Under the pieces are notes generated by a model. That model made no database searches and was not told the DNA's origin. It worked only from the letters and a program-made list of their open reading frames with translations. A stretch of DNA of 64,000 nucleotides from positions 1,984,001 to 2,048,000 of the forward strand of contig OY969763.1 in the NCBI GenBank assembly GCA_963702845.1. The letters run 5' to 3'. Positions 46,896-58,193 of this stretch are shown one piece after another (position 1 is the stretch's first letter; each line of letters starts with the position of its first letter). Origin of the DNA: an uncultured Verrucomicrobiae bacterium. GTDB lineage: Bacteria > Verrucomicrobiota > Verrucomicrobiia > Limisphaerales > Palsa-1400. A program made the position numbers and the translations under genes.

Positions 46896-47579
46896 TTGAG
46901 TGCGAATCCTTCAGCCGACCACTACGCGGGCGATGCCGGTCGCGTTTACCACGAAAAAAAGCGTGGCATTCCCGATGTGGCATTGCCGTGGGTGTCTCAA
47001 CATCGTGCGAAAAAAATCGCGCCTTACGTCAAGTCGAGTGATGTCGTATTCGAATATGGTGTCGGATGGGGTTGGAATCTGGCAGCGCTCAATTGCAGTC
47101 GCAAAATTGGATTCGATGTTTCGGAACTGCTCCGCGAAAAAGTTGCAGGGCAGGGGATTGAATTCATTTCATCACCCAGTCAATTCGCGCCCGCGTCAGC
47201 CGACGTCATCATCTGCCACCATACGTTGGAACACGTAATCGATCCACCGCGCGCGCTCGCCGAAATGAAAACCGCCCTCAAACGCGGCGGCAAACTGCTG
47301 CTTTTCGTCCCCTTCGAACGCGAGTCCAGGTACACCCGTTGCGACCCCGCCGAACCGAACCACCATCTCTATTCCTGGAATGCTCAAACCCTCGGCAACC
47401 TCGTCCAACAATGCGGGTTTAAAGTCTTGGAAGCGCACATTGCGCCATTCGGCTACGACCGATTTTCAGCCGTTTGGTCGCATCGAGTCAAACTTGGCGC
47501 ATTTGGCTTCCGCCTAATCCGGTCCTTCGCTCACATCGCCAAACCAGCCTTCGAAGTCCGCCTCGTCTGCACCCGGTAG
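46896..47579 (+). CDS. Class I SAM-dependent methyltransferase
   Basis: VFEYGVGWG motif I; DVIICHHTLEHV..LKRGG. Confidence 0.85.
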   Translation: MSANPSADHYAGDAGRVYHEKKRGIPDVALPWVSQHRAKKIAPYVKSSDVVFEYGVGWGWNLAALNCSRKIGFDVSELLREKVAGQGIEFISSPSQFAPASADVIICHHTLEHVIDPPRALAEMKTALKRGGKLLLFVPFERESRYTRCDPAEPNHHLYSWNAQTLGNLVQQCGFKVLEAHIAPFGYDRFSAVWSHRVKLGAFGFRLIRSFAHIAKPAFEVRLVCTR

Positions 47580-47599
47580 GGCGAGGCTCCCGCCGAGCC
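47576..47599. repeat. GTAG-type REP-like element
   Basis: GTAGGGCGAGGCTCCCGCCGAGCC at gene end. Confidence 0.45.
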
Positions 47600-47659
47600 C
47601 TTCACGCCGATTGAATTCCTAAGAAATCCTGTCGTCTATTCTACAGAGTCGCGAAACCT

Positions 47660-48025
47660 ATGAAAAAGCTACTACTCCTCGCAATGGTAATGGTGAGCTG
47701 GAACATCTCCGCTCAAAGCATTGTCTTCGAGTCACCTATCTACGACGGCGTGGTCATCGTTGCCGGAGCCGAACCCGCGCCACAACCATGCCTGACAGCG
47801 CCCGTGGTTTACGACACTCCTGTCGTTTACAATGCGCCGGTTCAATATAACGCCCCGGTCGTTTACAACGCGCCTGTGGTCTACAACATCGTCATTCCGG
47901 CACCTGAAACCTGCGGCAACGATTTCGGTGGCATGACGATCAAAGTCTACCCGCGCCGCAATGGCTACGCCCGTTGTAACAGCAACATAACCATTATCGG
48001 CCGCGGCAGTGCTCTGATCCGTTAG
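47660..48025 (+). CDS. Secreted hypothetical protein with PVVYNA repeats
   Basis: Signal peptide MKKLLLLA..; about five 6-aa repeats. Confidence 0.75.
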   Translation: MKKLLLLAMVMVSWNISAQSIVFESPIYDGVVIVAGAEPAPQPCLTAPVVYDTPVVYNAPVQYNAPVVYNAPVVYNIVIPAPETCGNDFGGMTIKVYPRRNGYARCNSNITIIGRGSALIR

Positions 48026-48118
48026 CGCAGGTATCGCAGGTCTCCAAACCTGCCGTATCGCCGATTTCCAAATCGGCAGCCGTGAAATAGCGATTGCGGC
48101 AAACAGTAGAGCCGCATC

Positions 48119-49090
48119 TTATTTTCCCATCCGCATCCGCTTTTCCAATTCCTCCGCTGCCTCTTCAAACCGCGCATACTTAAACTGAAATCCATCCCGC
48201 AGCAATCTCCCCGGAACAACCCTCCGACTCTTCAACATCAACTCCGTTTCCGTCCGCATAAAAAACGCGCCGATCTCCATCATCCAGCCCGTCGCCGGTA
48301 ATCCAAACGGCACGCCGCAGAACCGACGCAGCGCTCGCATCATATCCCGATTCGTAATCGGATTCGGCGCAGCAACGTTAATCCCGCCCGTCACATCGTG
48401 TGTAAGCACCCATTCAATCGCGTGACAAAAATCCTCGTGATGAATCCAAGAAACATATTGCCGCCCGCCCGCGAGCGCGCCGCCGAGCCCGCGTTTCACC
48501 AGGCTGCGCAACACCGGAAAAACCGACCCCGGTTCATCGAACAACACCATTGAAATCCGCAGCGCCGCCTGACGCGTCTTTGGCGTGGGCGCTTCGAAAA
48601 ACGCCTTCTCCCACGCCATTGCGACCTCCACCGAAAACTCATCCTTCGCATCCGCCGTCGCCGCCATCTCGGCATCCTCATCCATTGGTTTATCAATGGA
48701 ATGTTTGTAGATAGTCGCCGTGCTTGCATTTAGCCAAACGCTCGGCGGATTCGCGCAACGACCAATCGCTTCACCAACTGCCTTCGTGGACAAAACGCGC
48801 GACTCAAGAATGTCGCGCCGATTCTTCGCATTATACCGACAATTAACCGATCGCCCCGTGAGATTAATCACCGCAAACGCCCCATCGATTTCTCGCACCC
48901 ACTCGCCGACAGTGCGCGCATCCCATTGCAGAACTTTAACTTTCTTTGCGCTCTCTGCGTTCTTTGCGGTTACATAATTTTCCGGCGACCTGCTCAGCAC
49001 CACGATTTCATAACCTTTCACGCCGAGATACTGTGCCAGCATCCGCCCAAGCAACCCACTGCCACCCGCCAACACGATCCGTTTGTTCAT
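48119..49090 (-). CDS. TIGR01777-family NAD-dependent epimerase/oxidoreductase
   Basis: IVLAGGSGLLG, INLTGRSV, GRQYVSWIH, SRRVVP. Confidence 0.92.
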   Translation of the reverse strand: MNKRIVLAGGSGLLGRMLAQYLGVKGYEIVVLSRSPENYVTAKNAESAKKVKVLQWDARTVGEWVREIDGAFAVINLTGRSVNCRYNAKNRRDILESRVLSTKAVGEAIGRCANPPSVWLNASTATIYKHSIDKPMDEDAEMAATADAKDEFSVEVAMAWEKAFFEAPTPKTRQAALRISMVLFDEPGSVFPVLRSLVKRGLGGALAGGRQYVSWIHHEDFCHAIEWVLTHDVTGGINVAAPNPITNRDMMRALRRFCGVPFGLPATGWMMEIGAFFMRTETELMLKSRRVVPGRLLRDGFQFKYARFEEAAEELEKRMRMGK

Positions 49091-49291
49091 AAATGATTTC
49101 GAAAGATCGCAACCAACAGAGCCGCGCGCGTCAGCAAGCGGTTTACGGCACATTGCCTCCCTTGTAATCGTCCTTCGTCCTCGATTCCTTTCCCACCCCC
49201 ACGATTCGCGATCGTTCGACTCTCATCCTTCGTTTCCTTCGTTCCCTTCTGTTTCAAAACTTCACCGCAAATATCTCTGCTAATTCTCATA

Positions 49292-49825
49292 TTAACCTCC
49301 GGTTTTGCCGGCCAACTTCATCACCCTGTCGCCGAGCTTCATGAACTGACGCACACCCGCAATCGGCAACTTGCGGATTTGGTCATACCAGGTCGACGTC
49401 GCCTCGAAGAACTCCAGCAACGCGTCCAGGCGCTCCTTCGTATACTTGTCATCCTTGGAATCCGCCGCCTCTACCGCGCATTCCCGCAACATCGCGAGCG
49501 TTGGGTCCATCTCCCGTTTCTTGCGCTCATCCATCACAATGCGAAACATCTCCCACACATCCTTGAGCGATTCATAATGATCCCGTCGATCGCCCAACAC
49601 ATGAACAGTCCGCACGATGCCCCAGCCCTCCAATTCGCGCAGGCTCGTGCTGACATTCGACCGCGCCACGCCGAGTGTGTTTGCGATGATTTCAGCATCG
49701 ATTGGAGCAGGGGAGACATAGAGCAGCGCATGGATTTGCGCGACCGTCCGATTGATCCCCCACTGCGCCCCCATCTTGCCCCAGTGAAGAATGAATTTTC
49801 GCTGAACCGGTGTGAGAGTATTCAT
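49292..49825 (-). CDS. GbsR/MarR-family transcriptional regulator
   Basis: FILHWG..WGINRTVAQIHALL..ARSNVSTSLREL. Confidence 0.9.
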   Translation of the reverse strand: MNTLTPVQRKFILHWGKMGAQWGINRTVAQIHALLYVSPAPIDAEIIANTLGVARSNVSTSLRELEGWGIVRTVHVLGDRRDHYESLKDVWEMFRIVMDERKKREMDPTLAMLRECAVEAADSKDDKYTKERLDALLEFFEATSTWYDQIRKLPIAGVRQFMKLGDRVMKLAGKTGG

Positions 49826-50198
49826 GCAATTCTGTTATTTCTGTCTGAACAGAATATAACGAAACTGCATGCTTTGTCAATAATCACTTATTCCGGTTGC
49901 AGTTTGAAAAAAGAAACTTTTTCTTCCTGGTGCCCTGTGGCCGCATTGGGCACGGATCGGCACTACTTGGCCGCACTTTTCCGTAAAAATATTTTTTACA
50001 ACATGGCTCTCCTGCCATTTGTCCTGCGCCCACCAAGGTATTGTTTTTGGCCTGCCCGAACAAGGTGTGGCGGATGGCGACTGCCGTTGACTGGTATGTC
50101 TTGCGTGTAAAAGTAGAAACATTTCCTTCACGGTGGCCGCGTGCAAACGCCAGTTTGCTTCGGCGCCTGCGGCAGGTATAACTGACGAGGAGAAACGC

Positions 50199-51281
50199 AT
50201 GATCAATATCGCTATCATAGGCTGTGGCCAAATTGCGCTGGCAAATCATTTGCCGGGACTGGCCCTCTGTCCCGAGGCCAAGGTCATCGCACTTTGCGAT
50301 ACCAATCCAGAAGTGCTCGAACGCGCTCGTCAACAAACCGGTGTCAACACCGTCTCGACTGATTACCGCGAAATCGTCACCCGCGACGACGTTGATGCCG
50401 TCATCATCGCGACGCCGAATTTCACCCACGCCGAAATTTCTATCGCCGCCGCCAAAGCCGGCAAGCACATCCTTTGCGAAAAACCGCTCGCCATGAATAT
50501 GAGCGAAACGTGGAAAATGTACGATGCTGCGAAGAAAGCAAAAGTGCGCCACATGACCGCGTTCACTTACCGGTTCGTTCCAGCCATGCGCTACATGACG
50601 CATCTGGTGAAACAGGGCGCAGTCGGCAAACCGTATCATTTCCGAAGCTGCCGTTTGCAGGACTGGGGCACGCGTCCGCTTGGTTGGCGGCAGGTCGAGA
50701 GATTGTCGGGAACCGGCGAACTCGGGGACATGCTGACGCATCGCATTGATTATGCGCAGATGATGATGGGCCACTTCGAACGCGTCGTCGCCGACATGCG
50801 CAAGTTTCACGAAACCCGCGGCGGCAAACCTTCCGAACTGGAAGATTGGGTCGGCGTTCTGGCCGAAATGGAAAACAACGCCACGGGCATGCTCGAAAGC
50901 AGCAAAGTCGCCAGCGGACGTGGCGAAGGCGCGCGCAGCCAGGATTATTGTGAAATCAACGGCAGCGAAGGTTCGCTCGTATTTCAATTAAGCAAACCCT
51001 TCGAACTGCAAGTTGGAAAGCTCGGCCAACCCGGACTCGAAACCGTCGCTGTGCCTGACGAGTTTTTAAAATGGCCCAAGTCACCGCGCGATCCGAGAGC
51101 AGGGGATCCGCTGGTCACGTTCCGCTACGACCAGGACGTCGAATTCATCAGCGCGATTCTCGAGAACCGCGAATGCGTCCCCAGCTTCCGCGAAGGTCTG
51201 CAAGTGCAAGCCGTGATGGACTCGATCCAGATCTCTGTCCGCAAACGGAAATGGGTCGATGTCGTTCGGGTCGCAACGTAG
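50199..51281 (+). CDS. Gfo/Idh/MocA-family oxidoreductase
   Basis: IAIIGCG, DAVIIATPN..H, HILCEKP. Confidence 0.93.
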   Translation: MINIAIIGCGQIALANHLPGLALCPEAKVIALCDTNPEVLERARQQTGVNTVSTDYREIVTRDDVDAVIIATPNFTHAEISIAAAKAGKHILCEKPLAMNMSETWKMYDAAKKAKVRHMTAFTYRFVPAMRYMTHLVKQGAVGKPYHFRSCRLQDWGTRPLGWRQVERLSGTGELGDMLTHRIDYAQMMMGHFERVVADMRKFHETRGGKPSELEDWVGVLAEMENNATGMLESSKVASGRGEGARSQDYCEINGSEGSLVFQLSKPFELQVGKLGQPGLETVAVPDEFLKWPKSPRDPRAGDPLVTFRYDQDVEFISAILENRECVPSFREGLQVQAVMDSIQISVRKRKWVDVVRVAT

Positions 51282-51369
51282 CCGCTGCGGTAACGAGTCA
51301 CTCAAAAGAACTATTGAAACAGAACGAAGAAGTTTCTAAGGTGCAGCCGCAAAATTCGTCCAAACAACT

Positions 51370-52502
51370 ATGAAACCAATTTGGTTGACCATCAGTGCAG
51401 TCGCCCTCATGAGCGCCCTCGTCTTCACCGGCTGTAATCAAGGCGGTGGCGACACAATCAAAGTCGGCGAATTTGCTTCGCTTACTGGAAAAGAAGCGAC
51501 CTTCGGCCAGATGTCTCATCACGGCACCGAATTGGCCATCAACGAACTGAACGCCAAAGGCGGCGTGCTCGGCAGAAAATTCGAGCTGATCACCGAAGAC
51601 AATCAATCCAAGCCTGGCGAGTCCAAGACGATTGCGATCAAATTGATTTCACGCGACAAAGTCATTTGCGTGCTCGGTGAAGTTGCGTCGGGGCGCTCTC
51701 TTGAAGCAGCGCCGATTTGTCAGGCGAACAAAATCCCGCAAATTTCGCCGTCATCGACCAACCCCAAAGTCACCGAAATGGGCGATTACATTTTCCGCGT
51801 CTGCTTCATTGATCCATTCCAGGGCACGGTCATGGCGAAGTTTGCCAAAGACACTTTGAAGGCAAAGAACGTGGCAGTGCTCACCGATGTCGCGTCTCCC
51901 TACAGCGTCGGCCTCGCGACCTACTTCAAAGAGACCTTCGTGAAAAACGGCGGCATGATTGTCATGGAGCAAAAATACAGCGGCGGCGATAAAGACTTCA
52001 AAGCTCAGCTCACCGCTCTGAAGGGCGTCACCCCCGAAGCCATTTTCATTCCTGGTTATTATACTGACGTGGGCTTGATCGCACGCCAGGCGCGTGACCT
52101 AGGCATTACTGTTCCGCTCTTCGGCGGAGACGGTTGGGAATCGGCCAAGTTGGTTGAAATTGGCGGCCCCGCGATCGACGGCGCGTATTTCTCAACGCAC
52201 TTCTCACCTGAAGAAAAGAGCCCGGTGATTGAGGATTTTGTGGCAAAGTTCAAAAAAGCCTACAATGAAGCCCCCGACGCCATGGCCGCTCTCGGCTACG
52301 ACTCCGCGATGCTTCTCGCCGATGCCATCAAACGCTGCGGCACCACTGAGGAGCCGAAGCTGCGTGATGCCCTCGCGTCGACGAAAGATTTCCCCGCCAT
52401 TAGTGGCAGCATCACCATCGACAAAGACCGCAACGCGACAAAGCCCGCGGTCATCCTTCAGGTGAAAGACGGCACATTCAAATTCGTCGAAACGATCAAC
52501 CC

Positions 52503-52506
<4 letters not shown>
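51370..52506 (+). CDS. Branched-chain amino acid ABC transporter substrate-binding lipoprotein (LivJ/K-like)
   Basis: Lipobox FTGC; SLTG, INELNAKGGVLG, FRVCFID. Confidence 0.92.
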
Positions 52507-53393
<887 letters not shown>

Positions 53394-53395
53394 CG

Positions 53396-54376
53396 ATGAG
53401 TCAACCCGCGCGATCAACCAACCCGTTTTTGCGCTGGCCAAAGATGCTGCTGCTGTGCGCTATCGCAGCGAGCTTTGTCTTGTGGTGGTTTTCAAATCAC
53501 CTGAACCCATACTTCTCGGACATCCTCCTCAAGATCGGCATCAACATTACGTTGGCCGTCAGCCTCAATCTCATCAACGGCTACACCGGTCAATTCTCAC
53601 TCGGCCACGCCGGATTTATGGCGGTGGGCGCGTACACGTCGGCAGCGGTCACCATGTTCGTTGGCCCGCACGTCATCGGCCCAAACCCGTCAACGGCGCT
53701 GTCGATGGTATGGTTCGTTCTCGCGCTTTACATCGGTGGTTTGGTTGCGGCGGTTGCCGGGATATTGGTCGGGGCACCATCGCTCCGGTTGAAAGGTGAT
53801 TATCTCGCGATTGTGACACTTGGGTTCGGCGAAATCATTCGTGTCATCTTCCGCAACATCGACTCATTGGGCGGCGCTTTAGGACTGAATGGAATTCCGC
53901 CGTACACGAATCTGTTCTGGGTTTTCGGCACTGCCGCCATTTGCACATACGTGGTGCTTTCGCTCGTTCACTCAACTTACGGGCGAGGATTCATCGCGGT
54001 ACACGACGACGAAGTGGCCGCCGAAGCGATGGGCATCAACACGACGCGTTACAAGATTGTCGCGTTTGTGATTGGTGCATTCTTCGCCGGACTCGCCGGT
54101 GGTCTTTATGGCCACTACACGCTTTCGATCGATCCCAAAGGATTCGACTTCATGCGTTCGATTGAAATCGTCGTGATGGTCATTCTCGGCGGAATGGGCA
54201 ACACCGTCGGAGTGATTGCGGCTGCGGTATTGCTGACGCTCTTGCCTGAAGTGCTGCGACCAATCGCGCAGTATCGCATGATCATGTATTCGTTCCTGCT
54301 TATCGTTTTCATGCTCACGCGTCCACAAGGTCTGTTCACGTGGCGACGCAAAGCAAAACCAACTCTGACCGCGTGA
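53396..54376 (+). CDS. livM: BCAA ABC transporter permease
   Basis: GYTGQFSLGHAGF, LRLKGDYLAIVTLGFGEI. Confidence 0.93.
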   Translation: MSQPARSTNPFLRWPKMLLLCAIAASFVLWWFSNHLNPYFSDILLKIGINITLAVSLNLINGYTGQFSLGHAGFMAVGAYTSAAVTMFVGPHVIGPNPSTALSMVWFVLALYIGGLVAAVAGILVGAPSLRLKGDYLAIVTLGFGEIIRVIFRNIDSLGGALGLNGIPPYTNLFWVFGTAAICTYVVLSLVHSTYGRGFIAVHDDEVAAEAMGINTTRYKIVAFVIGAFFAGLAGGLYGHYTLSIDPKGFDFMRSIEIVVMVILGGMGNTVGVIAAAVLLTLLPEVLRPIAQYRMIMYSFLLIVFMLTRPQGLFTWRRKAKPTLTA

Positions 54377-55137
54377 GTGCGCCGCTGCTCAGTCTTGAAC
54401 ATTGCACGATTCGCTTCGGCGGATTGACGGCTGTTTCTGACTTGAACGTCCAGATCGGTGAAAATGATTTGGTCGGTTTGATTGGGCCCAACGGCGCGGG
54501 TAAGACAACCGTGTTCAATTTCATCACTGGCGTCTATCAACCGACGGAGGGGCGCATCCAATTCGCTGGGGAAGATATCGTTGGCCAAGCGCCGTTCGAA
54601 ATAACGAAGAGAGGCATTGCTCGCACGTTTCAGAACATCCGCCTGTTCCCATCACTCTCCGTTTACGACAACGTGCGCGTCGCCTTTCGTTTGCACATCA
54701 AACACGGCGTCGTCCAAGCAATGTGGCGCGGTGCAGTGTTGGAACGAGAAGAGCAGGGGATCGAAGCGCAAGTGATGGAGATGCTCGATATTTTTAAGCT
54801 CGGCAAATTTCGCGATGTTCCAGCGAAGGGCCTGCCATACGGCGACCAAAGACGCCTTGAGATTGTCCGCGCACTCGCGACGAGGCCAAAGCTGCTGTTG
54901 CTCGATGAACCGGCTGCCGGCATGAACCCGACCGAGAAAGTCGAGTTGATGAAATTGATCCGGTTTGTGGAAGAGAAATACAAAATCTCAGTACTGTTGG
55001 TCGAACACGACATGCAGGTCGTGATGGGTATTTGCCGACGCATCATCGTGCTCGATCACGGTGTGCTGATCGCCGAAGGCACCCCCGAAGAGGTGCGTGC
55101 GAATCCAAAAGTGATTGAGGCCTATTTGGGCCAGTAA
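54373..55137 (+). CDS. livG: BCAA ABC transporter ATP-binding protein
   Basis: GPNGAGKTT, IARTFQNIRLF, LPYG, LLDEPAAG. Confidence 0.93.
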   Translation: MSAPLLSLEHCTIRFGGLTAVSDLNVQIGENDLVGLIGPNGAGKTTVFNFITGVYQPTEGRIQFAGEDIVGQAPFEITKRGIARTFQNIRLFPSLSVYDNVRVAFRLHIKHGVVQAMWRGAVLEREEQGIEAQVMEMLDIFKLGKFRDVPAKGLPYGDQRRLEIVRALATRPKLLLLDEPAAGMNPTEKVELMKLIRFVEEKYKISVLLVEHDMQVVMGICRRIIVLDHGVLIAEGTPEEVRANPKVIEAYLGQ

Positions 55138-55146
55138 TTTCCGACG

Positions 55147-55851
55147 ATGCTCCAGGTTAAAAATCTTAGAGTGAACTACGGCGCGATCAACGCGCTGCAC
55201 GGCATTTCGCTGGAAGTGAAGCAAGGCGACATCGTCACGCTCATTGGCGCGAATGGAGCAGGGAAGACGACGACGCTTAAGGCAATTTCGGGATTGTTAA
55301 AAGTTGATGGCGAAGTTCTTTACAACGGCCGCAACGTCGCCAACTGCAAGCCGCACGAGTTGGTCCCGATGGGGATGGCTCATGTGCCGGAAGGCCGAAT
55401 GGTCTTCGCGAATTTGACGGTCTGGGAGAATCTACAAATGGGCGCTTACCTGCAGCGCGACAAGCGCGCGATTGAAGAAGAGCGTGCGTTTGTCTTCAGC
55501 ATCTTTCCGCGTCTAGCCGAGCGCCAGAAGCAGATTGCCGGAACGCTTTCTGGCGGTGAACAACAGATGCTCGCCATTGGGCGCGCGTTGATGAGCCGGC
55601 CGAAATTCTTGATGCTCGACGAGCCGTCTTTAGGGATTGCGCCGATTCTCGTTAAAACAATTTTCGAAAAAATCGTTGAGATAAATCAAAACCAGGGAAT
55701 CACAATTTTGTTGGTGGAGCAGAACGCCAATCTCGCGTTAGAGGTTTCACGCTATGGCTACGTGCTCGAAACCGGGCGAATCATCCTGCAGGATTCCTCG
55801 GCGGCACTCCGCCAAAACCCGAAGGTCAAAAGCGCCTATCTCGGTGGGTAA
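55147..55851 (+). CDS. livF: BCAA ABC transporter ATP-binding protein
   Basis: GANGAGKTT, VPEGR, LSGGEQQM, DEPSLG. Confidence 0.93.
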   Translation: MLQVKNLRVNYGAINALHGISLEVKQGDIVTLIGANGAGKTTTLKAISGLLKVDGEVLYNGRNVANCKPHELVPMGMAHVPEGRMVFANLTVWENLQMGAYLQRDKRAIEEERAFVFSIFPRLAERQKQIAGTLSGGEQQMLAIGRALMSRPKFLMLDEPSLGIAPILVKTIFEKIVEINQNQGITILLVEQNANLALEVSRYGYVLETGRIILQDSSAALRQNPKVKSAYLGG

Positions 55852-55908
55852 TTTGCGCTTGATTACAGAACACTTGCCACAAGCGCTCCTCGCCGTCATA
55901 TTCGCAAT

Positions 55909-56661
55909 ATGAGCTTCGACATTTCCGGCATCCTGGATCAATGGGATTACGAGCCGGGCAAGGTGGTCGTCAGAAAATTCAAAGCTAAAGACGGCACCGA
56001 AAAGCTCCAACTCCGCGTCGACCTGGGATTACTCCAGATGAACGCCCATGGCCGACCTGACGGCAAGCATCCGTTTGGCAAGGAGTCCCTTCTCGAACAT
56101 TACGAATCGCAGCTCGAAAAATTCAAGCAGGAGAACGAAGGCGACGAGAAAGGATTTCAACTCAAGCCTGAGGACATTTCGAAGCTGCAACAAGAGGCGA
56201 TTCAGTATCACCATCGCTACATTTGTTTGTTTCAACTTGAGGACTTCGAAGCGGTTATTCGCGATGCGGAACGCAATTTGAAGGTTTTTGATTTCGCGCA
56301 GAAGTATGCGACGTCCGACGATTTTGCGTGGGCGCTGCAACAGTTCCGTCCGCAACTGCTCATGATGCGGGTGCGCGCCAGAGGTGCGACGGCGCTGAAA
56401 GAGGACAAATACGACGAAGTCATTCGTATCGTCGAGACTGGGTTGGAGGAAATCCGCCAGTTTTATCGCGACCAGGAACGGCATGATCTCCTCGATCAAA
56501 GCGGCGAAATCATTTCGCTCGAGGCATGGCTGGAAGAAATTCGCGCCAAGCGCCCGCTCAGTCCGCGTGAGAAACTGGAGAACGCTTTGGACGAAGCGGT
56601 CAAGAACGAGGATTACGAAAAGGCGGCTCAAGTGCGCGACGCTCTCAAAAATCTGAAATAA
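55909..56661 (+). CDS. UvrB/UvrC (UVR) motif-containing protein
   Basis: C-terminal LDEAVKNEDYEKAAQVRD. Confidence 0.85.
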   Translation: MSFDISGILDQWDYEPGKVVVRKFKAKDGTEKLQLRVDLGLLQMNAHGRPDGKHPFGKESLLEHYESQLEKFKQENEGDEKGFQLKPEDISKLQQEAIQYHHRYICLFQLEDFEAVIRDAERNLKVFDFAQKYATSDDFAWALQQFRPQLLMMRVRARGATALKEDKYDEVIRIVETGLEEIRQFYRDQERHDLLDQSGEIISLEAWLEEIRAKRPLSPREKLENALDEAVKNEDYEKAAQVRDALKNLK

Positions 56662-56665
56662 CTAT

Positions 56666-57113
56666 ATGGCTCTTGCTGAAACACTCGCCCAGGAAATCAA
56701 ATCCGCGATGTTCGCGAAGGACGCCGATCGTCTGAGCACATTGCGTATGCTCAAGTCCGCAATGGGTTACGCCGCAGATCGAGAAAAAAACGGATACATT
56801 GGGTGAAGGCGATGCCGTGTCAATCGTTCAGAAGGAAGTCAAAAAGCGCCGCGACTCAATCGAGCAATTTGAAAAAGGCGGCCGCCCCGAACTCGCTGAA
56901 AAGGAGAAGAAGGAAATCGTCATCCTGGAAGGGTTTCTTCCGAAGGCGTTGAGCGCTGAAGAACTTGAGCAGCTTGTCAAAGCGACCATCACCGAAGTTG
57001 GTGCGACCGGCAAGAAAGACATGGGCGCCGTTATCAAAGCTGTTCAGGCCAAAGCGGCGGGACGCGCAGACGGTAAATCGATCAGCGGCCTTGTTGGCAA
57101 GCTCCTGCCTTAA
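56666..57113 (+). CDS. GatB/YqeY domain protein, frameshift near 56772
   Basis: MALAETLAQEIKSAMFAKD..LRMLKSA from ATG 56666, continuing in another frame as KEVKKRRDSIEQF..KDMGAV. Confidence 0.85.
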
Positions 57114-57116
57114 TTA

Positions 57117-57557
57117 TCACTTGGGATAAATTTGGTACAGAATTACGTAGACCAATACACCTGTAACGGATACGTACATCCACAACGGCAACGTCCATTT
57201 GGCAATTCTTCGGTGAAGCTCATCCTGTCGTTTGAGCCCGCGTTTTAGACTCACGATAACTAGAGGCACAATAACGACAGCGAGGATCGTATGGCTCAAT
57301 AGAAGTGCGAGGTAGTAAATCCGAAGGGACTTTGGGCCTTTAAATGTAGTTGGCCCTTGATGCAATACATACCCGAGATAGGTGTGGTAGGTCAGGTAAC
57401 AAATCAAAAATAGCACCGACGTGGAAAACGCCGCAATCATGCAGTTACGATGCGACTGGATTCTCTTCTGCTTAATCTGGACGTAGCCGATGGTGAGAAA
57501 AATTGCGCTCAATCCATTAAGCGTCGCATTGACCGCAGGCAAATCGTGAATGGTCAT
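57117..57557 (-). CDS. DUF420 membrane protein (CtaM-like)
   Basis: LPAVNATLN, HRNCM, HRRIAKWTLPLWMYVSVTGV. Confidence 0.9.
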   Translation of the reverse strand: MTIHDLPAVNATLNGLSAIFLTIGYVQIKQKRIQSHRNCMIAAFSTSVLFLICYLTYHTYLGYVLHQGPTTFKGPKSLRIYYLALLLSHTILAVVIVPLVIVSLKRGLKRQDELHRRIAKWTLPLWMYVSVTGVLVYVILYQIYPK

Positions 57558-58178
57558 TATTTTTCTCGTTCCAGTGTTTTGACTGCGGAGAGGATTTCGG
57601 GTGTTGATTGCGGATCGTCACCGTCAAAATAACCGCGGACACGACCGAGTCGGTCCACGAGAACGAATTTAGTGCTGTGGATGAACAAATCGTTTGGATT
57701 TTCGCGTTCTGCCGGAGGGGTTTCCTGGACTGCCAATTTCAAACCGTCGACTGAGACGGTGTTGAGAACGCGTTTGTCGCCAGTCAGGAACAGCCAGTTG
57801 TCTGACTTGGAATAATTGCCAGCATACTTCTTCAATACCTCAGGACTGTCATGGGTTGGATCTGTCGTTAAAGAAACAAGTTTAACGTCGTGCGGCAGTT
57901 TGGCCTGGAGTTCTTTCATGTGCGCACTCATGCGCAGGCATTGGCTGGGGCAATGTGTGAAGATCACATCGGCAATCCAAATCTGGCCGCGTAGAGAATC
58001 GAGCGTGACGGCGTTGCCGGTCTGGTTTGTGAGTGTGAACTGCGGGATGTCGTTGTAGACGGGCAGGGGTTTCGTGTTTGACCTGCGAGACGACATAGGC
58101 AACGAATATGGCTGCAATGACAATTCCAAGCCCTCCCCAAACTGCATACTGGATTTTAGAGCCGGAATTAGTCATCAA
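57557..58178 (-). CDS. SCO1/SenC copper chaperone, frameshift near 58080
   Basis: FTHCPSQC (CxxxC), DPTHD, IHSTKFVLVD; N-terminal TM anchor in another frame. Confidence 0.88.
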
Positions 58179-58193
58179 GGGCAGGCGGCAAGA

